From Eledone cirrhosa (Eukaryota), in the NCBI GenBank assembly GCA_964016885.1, contig OZ024753.1:42160001-42224000 (forward strand): a stretch of DNA of 64,000 nt, given 5' to 3'. The notes under the pieces are model-generated. The model saw only the letters and a program-made list of their open reading frames with translations, did no database searches and was not told where the DNA came from. Below, piece by piece: positions 51,723 to 64,000 of the stretch. The stretch's first letter is position 1; each line of letters starts with the position of its first letter. Made by a program: the position numbers and the translations under genes.

Positions 51723-52661
51723 CAGTGGCGGACTAGTCAGCTTGCCCAATGTCAAGTGGGCCCCAGGGACCCCACAGTAGTATTGCAAGAGCCCACAGTA
51801 GCATTGCAGGGTCCACTGTAGTATTTTAGGGGCCAGATTCAAATATCACAGAGAGAAAGAAAGGTGGGGAGGGGCGGGGATGAGGTGCAACAGAAATGAA
51901 ACATGGATTACAGGTTAAAATATAGTCTAGATACATTGAAACAAAACGAGGATGTAGTTTATGGAACACCCAAATGATTTAGAAGTCGACCTTAAGTAGG
52001 AGCAATAACCTTAATAAAGACATGAAGGCCGCCACAACACTTTGTTTTGAAAATTTTGAAAGTAGGTTTATAAGTATGAATTTTCATAAGATTTTTGTAC
52101 TTGTCTCTGTGGCCCAGTGGTAGATGCTAGAGATGGTGGAGATCCTGGCTTTGTGTTCAATCCTAGTCAAGAGGTACATGTAACATTTTTCAGTTTTTAT
52201 TTTACAACCAATAGAAAAAAACTGAAAAGGTTTACTGGTAACCCTACTCACGACCAGGATAGAACTTCAAACCATGATCACCACCGTCTATGATTCTCAC
52301 AACTAGTCCACCGAAACAACTACAAAAGTACAATGAAAATTGATAATTATAAACCTACTTTAAAAATCAAAGTTAAAAGCATGTGGTGTCATTCATGGCT
52401 TTCCTAGAGCTATTAGTAATATTTAGGGTCGACTTCTGGTCATTATTGAAAGTCTCTGGATTTCGTAAAATAAATAATATTTTTTATTGGAGAAGGTAAG
52501 ATATTTTTCCGCAAACATTTTATTCCACTGTTTTGTTTCCAGTTATGTATTTTTCGAAAATGTTATTTATTTATTATAAAAATTTAATGATAGCATTCTA
52601 TATGTAGGTGGGCCCCCTTCATCTCCTGGCAACCAATATTTTTAGACCCAGTCCGCCACTG
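51723..52661. mobile_element. Non-autonomous DNA transposon in frataxin intron 2
   Basis: Perfect 12-bp TIRs CAGTGGCGGACT and AGTCCGCCACTG flanked by TA; a diverged internal inverted repeat spans about 51983-52435. Confidence 0.75.
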
Positions 52662-52832
52662 TATATATACATGGGAATATTCTTTTAAAGATGTAGTAAG
52701 TTACAGTTTTAAATCTGTAAATCTCTTAGTATCTTAGAGATGATCCATCATATTTTACTAATTTGATTGTTGTACCTTAGTAGACAACGGGGTCATCTCT
52801 GTCTAAATGTGATTATATTTTTCTATTTCCAG

Positions 52833-52953
52833 TGCCTTGAATGAGAATGAGTACAACAGAATTGCAGAAGAAACGCTGGAATCTTTATTGGAATTAATTG
52901 AAAGTTTAGAAGATGTAGAAAACTGTCCAAAAGGATTTGATGCCTGTTATTCT
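52833..52953 (+). CDS. FXN: Frataxin exon 3
   Basis: ttttctatttccag|T GCC TTG... encodes ALNENEYNRIAEETLESLLELIESLEDVENCPKGFDACYS (acidic helix 1); 121 nt; donor GTAAGT. Confidence 0.93.
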
Positions 52954-54167
52954 GTAAGTAGAGTAATCAATGCTTCTGCTCAGTACTATATAATGGTAAG
53001 GAAAGAACCCTGGGAGGTGGAGTGGGTGTTGCTGGCTGTCTCCATGGCAATGTCTTCATTCTATCTGAAGGGTGCAGCTGTGAGATACTTCTCAGACTGG
53101 AGTGTAGAGTCTGTCCCCCCCCCCCTCTTCTCTTCCATTTGTTTAATTTCTTTTTTTATTTTCTTCTATTCGTCATTGATGGTCGCTTTGTCAGTTTGTC
53201 ATTCTGAGTTCAACTTCCCACATTCATATATAACTTCAAATTAGATGAGCTGACTGGCCTTAGGTATGATACAATGGGTAACAAGACCCCATCTGTAGTA
53301 ATTAAGGTATAAAACAACAGCAGTACCACAATAAACCTTACCCAGTACATTCTGTAAAGTGGTAGTGTTGGTGCCATGTTAAAATGTACCCTATACACTC
53401 TGTAAAGTGGTAGTGCTGGTGCAATGATAAAATGTACCCTATACATTCTGTAAAGTGGTAGAATTGGTGCCTACATAAGTATGAGGTGTAAATCTCATGT
53501 CTTCTATTTCAAATTATAGATATATTTCTTTCTTTGTTTATTTATTTATTTATTTATAGTTGGTGTTAGGAAGGGCATCCAGCTGTAGAAATCAAGCCAG
53601 CATCAGTTCCCGTCCCACCCTTGCAAGCAGGGAAAAGCGGACGTAAAATGGAATAAATAAAAATAAATAAATAATAGTGAATACCTTATTTTCAAGACAC
53701 CTAATTAATACTACCAGAGTTATCTCTCTTATTCTACAAGCTCTGATTGTTTTCCATGATGGCATTGGTTAGACTGTTCCATATTTCGCATCGTTTCTAC
53801 AGATACTCTTCCTAATGCCATACACGTTACAAAGTGTACTGGGTGTATATTATTATGGTACCAGCGCTACCGCATTACAGAATGTACTGGATGTATTTTA
53901 TTGTGGCACCAACACTACCACTTTACAGAGTATACTGGGTACATTTTATTGTGGCACAAGCACTACCACTTTACAAAGCGTACTGGGTACATTTTATCAT
54001 GGAACCAGCACTACTGCTTTACAGAGTGTACTGGGTGTATTTTATTGTGGCACCAGCACTAGACTGGTTACCATGTACTTAACCAGACTGAACAGTCCTC
54101 TCAACTCTATATTGACCATGTTAATGTTTTCAAGATATTTCAATTGATTCTTTTATCTTTATCTTAG

Positions 54168-54262
54168 AGTGGAGTTCTCACTGTATCTGTTGGAGATCAT
54201 GGTACCTACATCATAAACAAGCAGTCCCCTAACCAACAGATTTGGCTTTCCTCACCTATCAG
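54168..54262 (+). CDS. FXN: Frataxin exon 4
   Basis: [31 protein letters not shown](S) contains the frataxin signature GTYxINKQxPNxQIWLSSP; AG|GTAATA donor. Missed by the ORF track. Confidence 0.97.
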
Positions 54263-54765
54263 GTAATAATTTAACTCCTTCATGATCATATTTCTAATGA
54301 AACACACTCTATTTCAATTAATTAAAGAAGAATTTTGAGGGAATTACTAAAATTATTAATTATACAGGTTAGACAATGAAAACAATGAAGGTGAGGTTTA
54401 GTGCTTAATTAGTTCATTAACGATCCTTTTGATATGTCCAATGAACCGTGACAATATCAATATATTGATTAATCTATATCAGTTATGTAACTCCAAAATC
54501 ACGAATTATTTCATGATTTTGTGAAGGCATGTGGCCTAATGGTTAGGGTGTAGGATTTACAATCATAAAGTCAAGGGTTTCATTTCTAGTCCCTAGAAAC
54601 AAACAATGCAGTTATTATTAAAAAGAGTTGAAATTAATACATGCACTATTTCACAGCTCATTCGTTCATAGTAATCCTATGAAATTTTTAGTTGATCCTC
54701 GTAAGTTTTTATTTGAAATAAGATTACTTAAAATATTTGAATAACTGTCGTTTTATTTTTAACAG

Positions 54766-54904
54766 TGGACCAAAACGTTATGATTTTATAGGAAATAAAT
54801 GGATCTATAATCGAGATGGAACCAGTTTACATGGTCTACTACAAGAAGAGATGACTTCTATCATGAAAACAGATATTTCTTTCTCAAACTGTTCCTTCTA
54901 CTGA
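54766..54904 (+). CDS. FXN: Frataxin exon 5 (stop)
   Basis: (S)GPKRYDFIGNKWIYNRDGTSLHGLLQEEMTSIMKTDISFSNCSFY*; SGPKRYD motif; joined CDS is 537 nt. Confidence 0.96.
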
Positions 54905-54987
54905 AAGTTTTCTCCTCATTTTTTTTCATAAACCCAATAATTAATTTATATATTTTAAAGAACTGCAATGTATATATGATATATAAT

Positions 54988-54993
54988 AATAAA
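54988..54993 (+). terminator. Candidate frataxin polyadenylation signal
   Basis: AATAAA about 85 nt after the stop codon, in an AT-rich context. Confidence 0.4.
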
Positions 54994-55339
54994 GAGTTTA
55001 ATAATACATATATTATTCTGTGAATTGGAATAACATGAAAAATCCATCATGTTTTATCATCATACAGAGTCGATAAAATAAAGTACCAGTAATACACTGG
55101 GTAATTGCTGGCCTTGTGCCAAAATTAGAAACATTTATTATTTTATGTGGATTCCAGGTCGGTAGAGGGTCGGACTCCATGCTTTGACGCATAGAGTTAC
55201 GGCCCTTGCCATTCTGAGTTCAAATCCCGCCGAGGTTAACTTTACCTTTCATCCTTACGGGGTCGATAAAATAAAGTACCAGTAATATACTGGTATAATT
55301 GCTGGCCTTGTGCCAAAAGTAGAAACAATTATTATTTTA

Positions 55340-55760
55340 TGTCTTTTTCCATGCTTCCATGGGTTAGACACTGATTGAACTCCTTTGTAAAGTTCAGCAT
55401 TCAAAGATCAGTTCTCACCACCTCTGCCCAGGTCTTCCATGGGTCAGACAGGTCTTCTGGGTTAGACGGATCTTCTCCAGCATAGCTTACCCACACTCGG
55501 CATCTTCCTTCTTCATCACCTTTGCGAGGTTCAACATCTTAAGTTCAGTCAATAGTAGTGCTTCAGCATGGCCTCAGCCTGTCGGCTGGAACACATAATA
55601 GAGTTCATCACCCCCTGCCCAGGATTTTCTCTGTCTTCCTGTACTTCAGCTTCCTTCTGCTGGAATTTCTTGGCACTTCTTCACCCATATGTCTCTATAC
55701 CAGTACAGTCTTTTTTCCTGCACACTGGAAGTTTCTTATATGGACTCCAATACGTGACTT
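55340..55760 (-). mobile_element. Decayed RTE-like LINE 3' fragment
   Basis: CCCAGGTCTTCC (RKTW on the minus strand) and a CCATGCTTCCATGGGTTAGAC tail similar to other RTE ends. Confidence 0.5.
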
Positions 55761-58700
55761 GTACTTTATTTTATCAACCTTTGAAGAATGAAAAGCAAAG
55801 TTGACCTCTAGAAAATATAATTATTTTTTACCTTTATTCTCTGGCAGAATATAATAAAATGCAACATTTTGTGTTCTTGAATATTTTACAAGTTGTAAAT
55901 AAATATTTAAAAAAATTCATTGTAATAGCAGCAAAGTTACCTCCCCTGAAATATTTTTCATTTGGGAGGTTCCTATCGTTTAGTGTATGTAGCTGAAATC
56001 TAATAAGATTTATAGGATGTCTATTGCTTTCTCCAATTGTCTTTAAAGACACGACCCACTCTCATCTACATTGGCTTTATTTTCCCAAAATTTCAATTGG
56101 TTGATCTTATTGGAGTTATCTTTCTTGTATTTGTTTTTTTCTTTTCTTTTTTTTACCTAGAATACTCAGCTGGAAATGAGGACCAGCAATAGCTGGGGGT
56201 TTTAACCCTGCGATGGACTAGAATCTTGTCCAGGGGCTAGTCTTGTACTCTCAGTTAACCTGGGGTGCTAAATATCAAGATACAGTGTAGAGCTAACCTA
56301 GGGTGCTAAATATCAAGGCAGGCATTGTAGAGCTAGCCTAAGGAGCTAAATACCCAGGTACACATTGTAGAGTTAGCCTAGGGAGCTAAATAACCAGGTA
56401 AACATTGTAGAGCTAGACAGGGTGCTAAATACCCAGGTAAACATTATAGAGCTAGACAGGGTGTTAAATACCCACACAAACATTGTAGATCTAATCTAGG
56501 GTGTTAAATATCCACACACCATCCCTAATAAGAACAGATGTTCTGTAGACATAAAGTCACAATATTTTTATCTAGCTAAAGAACACATGTGACATCAGAA
56601 ATACTTAAATAAAGGGAAAGGGGGATGGAGTGAGTATATCCAAAGGATTTCTTTATCTTCATGTTGATTATTTTAAGGAAGAAGAAAAACCAGTTATGAC
56701 AGACAGTCAGTCATTGTAACTGACCTATTTGTGGTGTATCAACTAGAAAAGTGTTGTTATGAGAACGTGACCAATATAATCAACATTATATCCAGCTTGA
56801 GGAAATGGTTAATTTATTTACTTCTTATCATTTCTACAATTATTATAACATGACAAATTTTCAGTAACAATGACTAAATGATTTGATATAAATTCAAATA
56901 ATCTAACATACCTGGGATGTTTTGGGGATTTTAACCATCCATTTATCTAACTTCTTGCTGTTTGGAACCAATAAATTAACAAACATTATTTGTATTTATT
57001 TTAAAATAAATAAAAATGATACAATTATGTTGTTGTTGTTTTGTTTTTGTTTCTTTTTTATCACAATTTAATCTTAAATAGATATTTTTTTATCATTATT
57101 ATATAGGGCAAAGCTGATAAAACAAATATCAAGCAAGAACTAATGTTGATTTAATAAACCATTTTGTGGACATATTTTTTTAATGAAATATTTTGTCAAT
57201 ATCTTTCAATTAATGGTTTTAAATAATCAATAATTTTGAGCAGATTCAATAGTAAAGTAATGAATTTCTCCGTTATGAAGCTGGTGTTTGGATATAACAT
57301 AACAGAGGTTCCTTACATAGAAATTTGAGAACAGGTTTCAATTTAAATAATGGTAAACAGGAAGGTGAATAGAAACAATACCAGGTATGATGGCTAATTA
57401 AAGTTATGAAAGAGGTAGAGAGGATGGCCTGTGGGAACAATACCTTGAAGATTATCGACTTTATTGTTGAATGTGTTTTCCATGCTGACATGTGTTAAAT
57501 GAAGTGTCACATATTGTGAGGTCTGACCAATCAGATTACTATGTCCTGCTTGTATATTCAGTTTTTGGCTGGCATTACCACTTTACTGAGTAGCCTTAGT
57601 TTTTGGTTTGGTTTCTATGACTGGATGCCCTTCCTAATGCCAACCACTTTACAGAGTGTACTGGAAGCATTTTTTTTTCCACCTTACAGAGTGAACTGGG
57701 TGCTTTTTTTTTTTATCATGACTCTAGCACTACTACTTTACAGAGCAGATTCAGTTTTTTGGCTTGGTTCCTACGACTGGATGCTCTTCCTAATGGACTG
57801 GGTGCTTTTTGTTATGGCACCAGCACTACCACTTTATAGTGTGGACTGGAGATGAGAGGAGGATTACTCAGGGATATGAACTGAAACCCTGACTAACCCT
57901 TTTTTCACCTTTCCAACACAGAATAAGGGTGGGGACTCTTGAGAGAGGTTTTACACTGTTCCACCCTGCAGTATCCTCATGGCACTGGAGGGAGGTGGTG
58001 GCACACTTTTCTACCCTGCAGTGCCACCACAATTCTGGAGAGTGAAGGGTCTGATTTAAGTCCAATCTGGCTATTTCTAGCCAACCAGGCCACCATGTTG
58101 AAACTCCCATTGAATGTATTATATATAATAATAATAATAATGAAATATTGTGTACAGTGCTCAGGTGCACTACAACTCATCAAAAAGTGTATGTATAGTA
58201 CATAGGGTAATGTACAAACGTCAGGAAAATGACGTATGATAGAAGCAATGTTATCATCTTAATGACATATCAGAAGCTACATCACTTCATTTAATAACAT
58301 CCTCATTTCAAATCAATTGTTTCATTATCCAGATTAAAATCTTTTGTTTTGCTTTGTCTCATATTTATTTGGTTATTTATCTTGGTTAACTTACTGTTGA
58401 CCTAGTTTTTATAATTTCCTTCACTGTAAATATATTTAAACAATATCTTTATTTACATAGGTATATTCCTCATGTTTTTATATTTATATACATAGCTATA
58501 TGCCTCATATTTTTATATATATTTATATACCTAGTTACAATTTCCCTGACTAAACACTATATCTATACACATAGCTATATATATATATATATGTATAGAG
58601 AGAGCTACATGTTCTTCATATCGTGTAGGTGTCACGACAAAAAAAAACACACAGTCCACGCTGTAATGTGGCCGTGTAGGTAACACGGTAAAAACCTCCC

Positions 58701-60253
58701 AGTTCCACACTGTAAATGTGGTTGGTATTAGGAAGGGCATCCAGCCGTAGAAAACCCGCCAGACAGTCCACGCTGTAATGTGGCCGTGTAGGCAACACGG
58801 TAAAAACCTCCCAGCCCCACACTGTAAATGTGGTTGGTGTTAGGAAGGGCATCCAGCCGTAGAAAACCCGCCAGACAGTCCTATGCGAGCAAGACAACCA
58901 CTCTTGCCTCAAGTGGGAAAACTCCCGTCCAAACCCATGCAAGCGTGGAATATGGACGTTAAACGATGATGATGATTTACCAAAGGGTTGGGAGGACCCT
59001 TCAGTTGATCTACATGATAAACACACCCAGTACATGCTGTAAAGTGGTTGGTGTTAGGAAGGGCATCCAGCCATAGAGAGGTTGTCAAACAAAGGGAAGA
59101 GAGGCTAATTCAGTTGTGTCAAAAACATGACAACCTCTCTTGAGCTGGTGCTCTCAGTAGAACATGAGATTGTACTTAAGTGAGAGGCAGACCCTGGTGT
59201 GTGTGGAAGATCAGTAGTCCTGCTTCAGTACTGACTTGGTCTTTGTAGACCCATTCAACCCTTGCTAGGGAAAGTGGATGTTAGACATTGCCCTAGATTA
59301 GCTATACAATGTATGCCTGGGTATTTAGTATCCTAGACTAGATCTACAATGTGCACCTCAATATTTAGCAGCTTAGACTAGGTTATTTAGCACCCTTGGC
59401 TAACTCTACAATGTGCACCTGGGGGTTTAGCGTCCTCTTCTCTTAGTTATACACGCCATTCTCCAGAATAAAGTAATGAACAGAAAGCTGATGAACATAA
59501 CTTTTGAGACTTCTTACTCTGATCACACTAAGAAAATTACTAAGCCTGCATTTCCCACTATACAGTCCACACCAATTCATGTGACAGTTCATAACATCAT
59601 ACAACCTTCTTCATAACTTTGGATATTTACACAACACTGTTATTTCAAAATATGCCCAGCAATTTATTTATTGATCACAAGAATTTCAAATCCCGCCGAG
59701 GTTAACTTTGCCTTTCATCCTTACGGGGTCGATAAAATAAAGTACCAGTAATGCACAGGAATAATTGCTGGCCTTGTACCAAAAGTAGAAACAATTATAT
59801 ATAGACCAATTATATATCTAATTCAAGTTTTATAAATTTGTATAAAACTATGATCCTTTTTTTTTTTTTAACCTGTGGCTTTCGAGATGGTTTTTTTTTG
59901 AGGGGCGGGGGTGCTGGGGGGTTGACAATGAACCTCTTGTTATTTTTGACGACTCTAACACGCCTTGCTAAAAAAAACAAAAAAATCTCTCCAGCCATGC
60001 TCTTTTTGAGGGTGCTTGGTTGTTCCGGAACCTTACTCACGCTATCACCTGTGGCAATGCCGTGAGTGCCTCGGTTTGTTGATTGCAGGTCTGCACCTGA
60101 GGCAGATGCCTAGTTGGCTTTAAATGGTAGCGCCAGACCTAACCCTACTTCTAAATCAACGTATTAAATTATATATCGGATCGTTAATTGTTTTGAAATT
60201 GTTCTGGTTCGGAATTTCCTAGTTTGTTTATAATTTATCCCAGAACACTGGTC

Positions 60254-60321
<68 letters not shown>

Positions 60322-60949
60322 AAAGTTTTATATTTTTATTTGAAATTAAAGCGGTGTTAAATTAAATAGCTACTGTAGATTAATTTAAATAATAATTCCT
60401 CGCTGGAATAAATAACCAGATTCCTGCAGGGATGTGTTTTATTTAAATTTTAAACCTATCTTTGTAATCAATAATCAATGTATATTGATTTATGAGAACA
60501 CCACAGCTTTATTAAATGGGTGGGTTTGACGAAAAATTAGGTCTTTTTTAATTGTTCATTGAAATGAAACGGTTTTGATCTGAAACCGAAGGCTGTAGGG
60601 CAGTGACTGAAGGGTCGGTTACCTTTTCATGATCAGCATTAATCATGAATTATAAACAAATTTATTTTGACGTTTTTGTTTTGTTTTGTTTTTGTGATTT
60701 TAGCCATCACGGACGGAACGTAGGAGCACCGCCTTCACTTGAGACAAAAACCGCGAGGAAGGAAGAAAAAAATATTACAAAATGACTAGACAAAGGTTGA
60801 ATAAATAATTGGTTTTGTCGTTAGATGATAGAGTTATAGTTGACCTTTAAAGCTTGATAGAAAGAGAAAGAGGCAATGTTTTAAAGTAAATATATTAAAT
60901 CTATTAAACGAAGCAGGGAGCACTGTTTAATGATTACAAAACATTTTTA

Positions 60950-61260
60950 ATTATTTGCGCCATATTTTCAATGATTGCTTTCATAGATAAAAAAAAAATC
61001 TCTTCTCTCATTTGAAGTTCCAGCCAGCCATTTAACCGCAAAACATTACTTTATTTACCTAAATAAAATATTAAACCTTTAAACTGCACTACTTAAATAT
61101 ATATAAATATATATATAATTTATATAGATATATTTCTAAAGATATTTTATCAAGAGTTTAATATTGAAACAAAACGAAACGAAACGAGAGTCGTTGACAA
61201 CATATCCCAGAATGCTGTGCTGTGTTTTGAGAGCGCATGTGCAATGACCTTGGCCCGGTC
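60950..61260. promoter_or_regulatory. Candidate AF10 promoter
   Basis: YY1-like GCGCCATATTTT (about 60957) and NRF1-like GCGCATGTGC (about 61233) upstream of the first coding exon. Confidence 0.35.
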
Positions 61261-61415
61261 AAGTTGTCGTCGTGGTGGTGGAGGAGGTAGTGGTGGTCGT
61301 CGTCAGAAAGCTAGGCTGGCAACTCTCAGTCAATGGTGCCAGCAAAATACACAATCAAGCATGGCTTAGACCACTGCTTCAGTCGTGACTTTCTTTATCG
61401 TTGAACAATTCCAGA

Positions 61416-61524
61416 ATGAAGGAGATGGTTGGTGGCTGCTGTGTTTGTTCTGACGAGAGAGGTTGGGCGGAAAATCCCCTGGTTTATTGTGATGGTCACG
61501 GGTGTAATGTCGCCGTACATCAGG
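61416..61524 (+). CDS. MLLT10: AF10/AF17 (MLLT10/MLLT6, Alhambra) coding exon 1, PHD finger start
   Basis: MKEMVGGCCVCSDERGWAENPLVYCDGHGCNVAVHQ then G|GTAGGT (phase 1); near-identical to the vertebrate AF10/AF17 N-terminus. Confidence 0.96.
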
Positions 61525-61724
61525 GTAGGTTCAACTATACTGTGTATATATATATATGATGCATACATATTATATTATATATATACATACAGATCTAATG
61601 CACACACATATATATAAATATATATTCAGATCTAATATAATTATTGCATGTATATTTATATTTTGTATAAACCTATTGCATGTATTTATATATATATTAT
61701 GTATGTATATATATATATATATGG

Positions 61725-61761
<37 letters not shown>

Positions 61762-62743
61762 CTCAAAATCTATATATATATTATGTATGTACGTATATAT
61801 GGGTGTATATATATATCGTTTATAATACACACGTATATTTATATTTACAAATCTAATCCATATATTTATATATATATATATATATATATATAGTTGAAAT
61901 CCACATATTAATATATCTGTCTCTCTCTCTATATATATACAATCGTAATCTATATATTTATATATACAGATGTAATGCACATATATATATACATACACAT
62001 ATATATATGTATATAAATATACACATATATGTTTGTATATATATACATTCGTAATCCAGATCTATATATCTATGTTATATATTTAGTACATCAGATGCAC
62101 ATATACACACATATATATATACATACACATATAAATATATATAGAAATATACACATATATGTTTGTATATATACATTCGTAATGCATATCTATATATCTG
62201 TTATATATTTAGTACATCAGATGCACATATACACACACATATATATATAAATATACACATATATGTTTGTATATATACATTCGTAATCCATATCTATATA
62301 TCTATCTGTTATATATTTAGTACATCAGATGCACATATACACACATATATATATACATACACACATATATATATACATACACACACATATATACACATAT
62401 ATATATATATATATATAAATATACACATATATGTTTGTATATATACATTCGTAATGCATATCTATATATCTATATGTTATATATTTAGTACATCAGTATT
62501 GATTTAATAACAGATCTAAATATTATTTTGTTTTAATAAATATAAATACAAGGAAAGTCTTTGAATTGATTTTATAATTTTATTATTATTTTCTCTCAAT
62601 GTTTTTCTATTATCTATTTTATTTAGTTCCTAGTTTTGATAAATTATCCATGAAACTACTACCACCATTTTTTTTCTCTCTTGTTAAGAGTATAGTGTTA
62701 TTTTTTTTTTCTTCTTCTCTCTCTCTCTGTTTTTATTGTTCAG

Positions 62744-62823
62744 CATGTTACGGAATTGTGCAAGTACCGACAGGTCCTTGGTTCTGTAGGAAATGTGAGT
62801 CTCAAGAGAGAGCAGCTAGAGTG
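62744..62823 (+). CDS. MLLT10: AF10/AF17 coding exon 2; the gene continues beyond the window
   Basis: Long polypyrimidine tract then cag|CA TGT... encodes (A)CYGIVQVPTGPWFCRKCESQERAARV; 80 nt; GTG|GTAAGC donor. Confidence 0.96.
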
Positions 62824-62874
62824 GTAAGCGGCCATTTTTCAACTTACTTCTTAAACGTTTCACAAGCACAGAGG

Positions 62875-63365
62875 TGGAGACGGTTATGTTGATGGTGGTG
62901 GTGGTGGTGTGGGTGATGATGGTGGTGGTGGTGGTGGTGGTGGTGTGGGTGTGGATGATGGTGGTGGTGGTGGCGTGTAGTGCTGTTGGTGGAGGTGGTG
63001 GTGGTGGTGATGATGATGACGATGGTAGTGGTAGTGGTGGTGTTGATGGAGGCGGTTATGTTGATGGTGGTGGTGGTGTGGTTGATGATGATGGTGGTGG
63101 TAGTGCTGTTGGAGGTGATGATGATGGTGGTGGTGGTGGTGTTGATGGAGGTGGAGGCGGTTATGATGGTGGTGGTGGTGTTGGGAGAGGCGTTGATGGG
63201 TGATGATGGTAGTGGTGGTGGTGATGGTGGTGGCGGAGGCGGTTATGGTAGTGATGATGATAGTTGTGTTGGTAGTGGTGTTGATGGTAGTGATGATGAT
63301 GATGATGATGGTAGTGTTGGTGGTGGAGGCGGTTGTTGTAGTGATGGTGGTGGTGGAGGCGGTTG
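62875..63365. repeat. (GGT/GAT)n intronic low-complexity repeat
   Basis: It follows the AF10 exon donor; recurring GGAGGCGGTTATG. Confidence 0.9.
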
Positions 63366-63852
63366 CGCTGCCCCACACGTGGTGTTTTGGTGAGGGTGGC
63401 GACCAAATAGCTACACTATAGCATTATATATTATTAGGTATATATAATATTGTATATTCTTCCCTCCCTCACACAATCAGTCAGGCAGTCAGTCCATCAC
63501 TACGTCCCCTTAGATGGTCTATATAATATAATATACACGTATATATATATATATACACACATATATAACCCTCTCTAGTGCTACCTTTCTCTCTTTCCTT
63601 CTCCTCTACGCCTCTCACTCTAGTCTGATGCTTTCACTGACAACTCTCTGACACACTAATACACACACACACTAACCAAAACACACACACACACACACAC
63701 GCACACTAACCAAAACGCACACACCAAAACACTCATAAATACATTAACACGTACATATATATATATATACTTTCATAAAAATATTCACACAGATAGACAC
63801 ACACCAAAACATACACATATGTGTGTGTATATATATATATATACGTACATAC

Positions 63853-63883
<31 letters not shown>

Positions 63884-64000
63884 CGTACACACATATACAT
63901 ATATATATATATATACGTACACATATGTGTATATATATATATACGTACACATATATATATATATATATACGTACACATACAACGTACTCTCGCGCGTATA

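Noticed and set aside
52954-53244. C-terminal part of ORF 52837-53244 as frataxin coding sequence
   Set aside because: It is read-through past the GTAAGT donor at 52954; frataxin homology resumes at 54168.
58395-58423. 29-nt minus-strand microexon candidate (tttacag...gtaagt)
   Set aside because: Its open phase is incompatible with the neighbouring candidate exons and it has no other support.
62874-63421. Gly/Asp-rich or His/Pro-rich ORFs as AF10 exons
   Set aside because: They lie just after the donor at 62824 in a triplet repeat; the next AF10 exon should encode the zinc-knuckle and second PHD region.

Overview
This is AT-rich, microsatellite-dense animal genomic DNA with spliceosomal introns, not prokaryotic sequence. 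The repeat content (RTE and CR1 LINEs, tRNA-SINEs, (TA)n and (GATA)n tracts) suggests a mollusc, probably an octopod cephalopod (inference). Four conserved genes are supported by hand-checked splice sites and phases: the first coding exon of a KLF6/7 (luna-like) gene (minus), a complete 4-coding-exon UBE2E-type ubiquitin-conjugating enzyme (minus, about 236 aa), a complete 5-exon frataxin (plus, about 178 aa), and the first two coding exons of AF10/MLLT10-MLLT6 (plus). Most of the ORF track is repeat artefact. The most unusual signal is a set of short fold-back elements in (TA)n tracts. They carry complete or partial type I hammerhead-ribozyme motifs and a shared GTATTGAGTAC-like tail motif, consistent with Penelope-like pLTR relics or non-autonomous ribozyme retroelements. 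Seven copies of one family cluster around the KLF promoter. Also noted: TA-centred templated inversions, a SINE sharing its tail with an RTE LINE, a (GATA)n-targeted Tx1-like element, SINE-born minisatellites and a speculative structured-RNA island near 60.1 kb.
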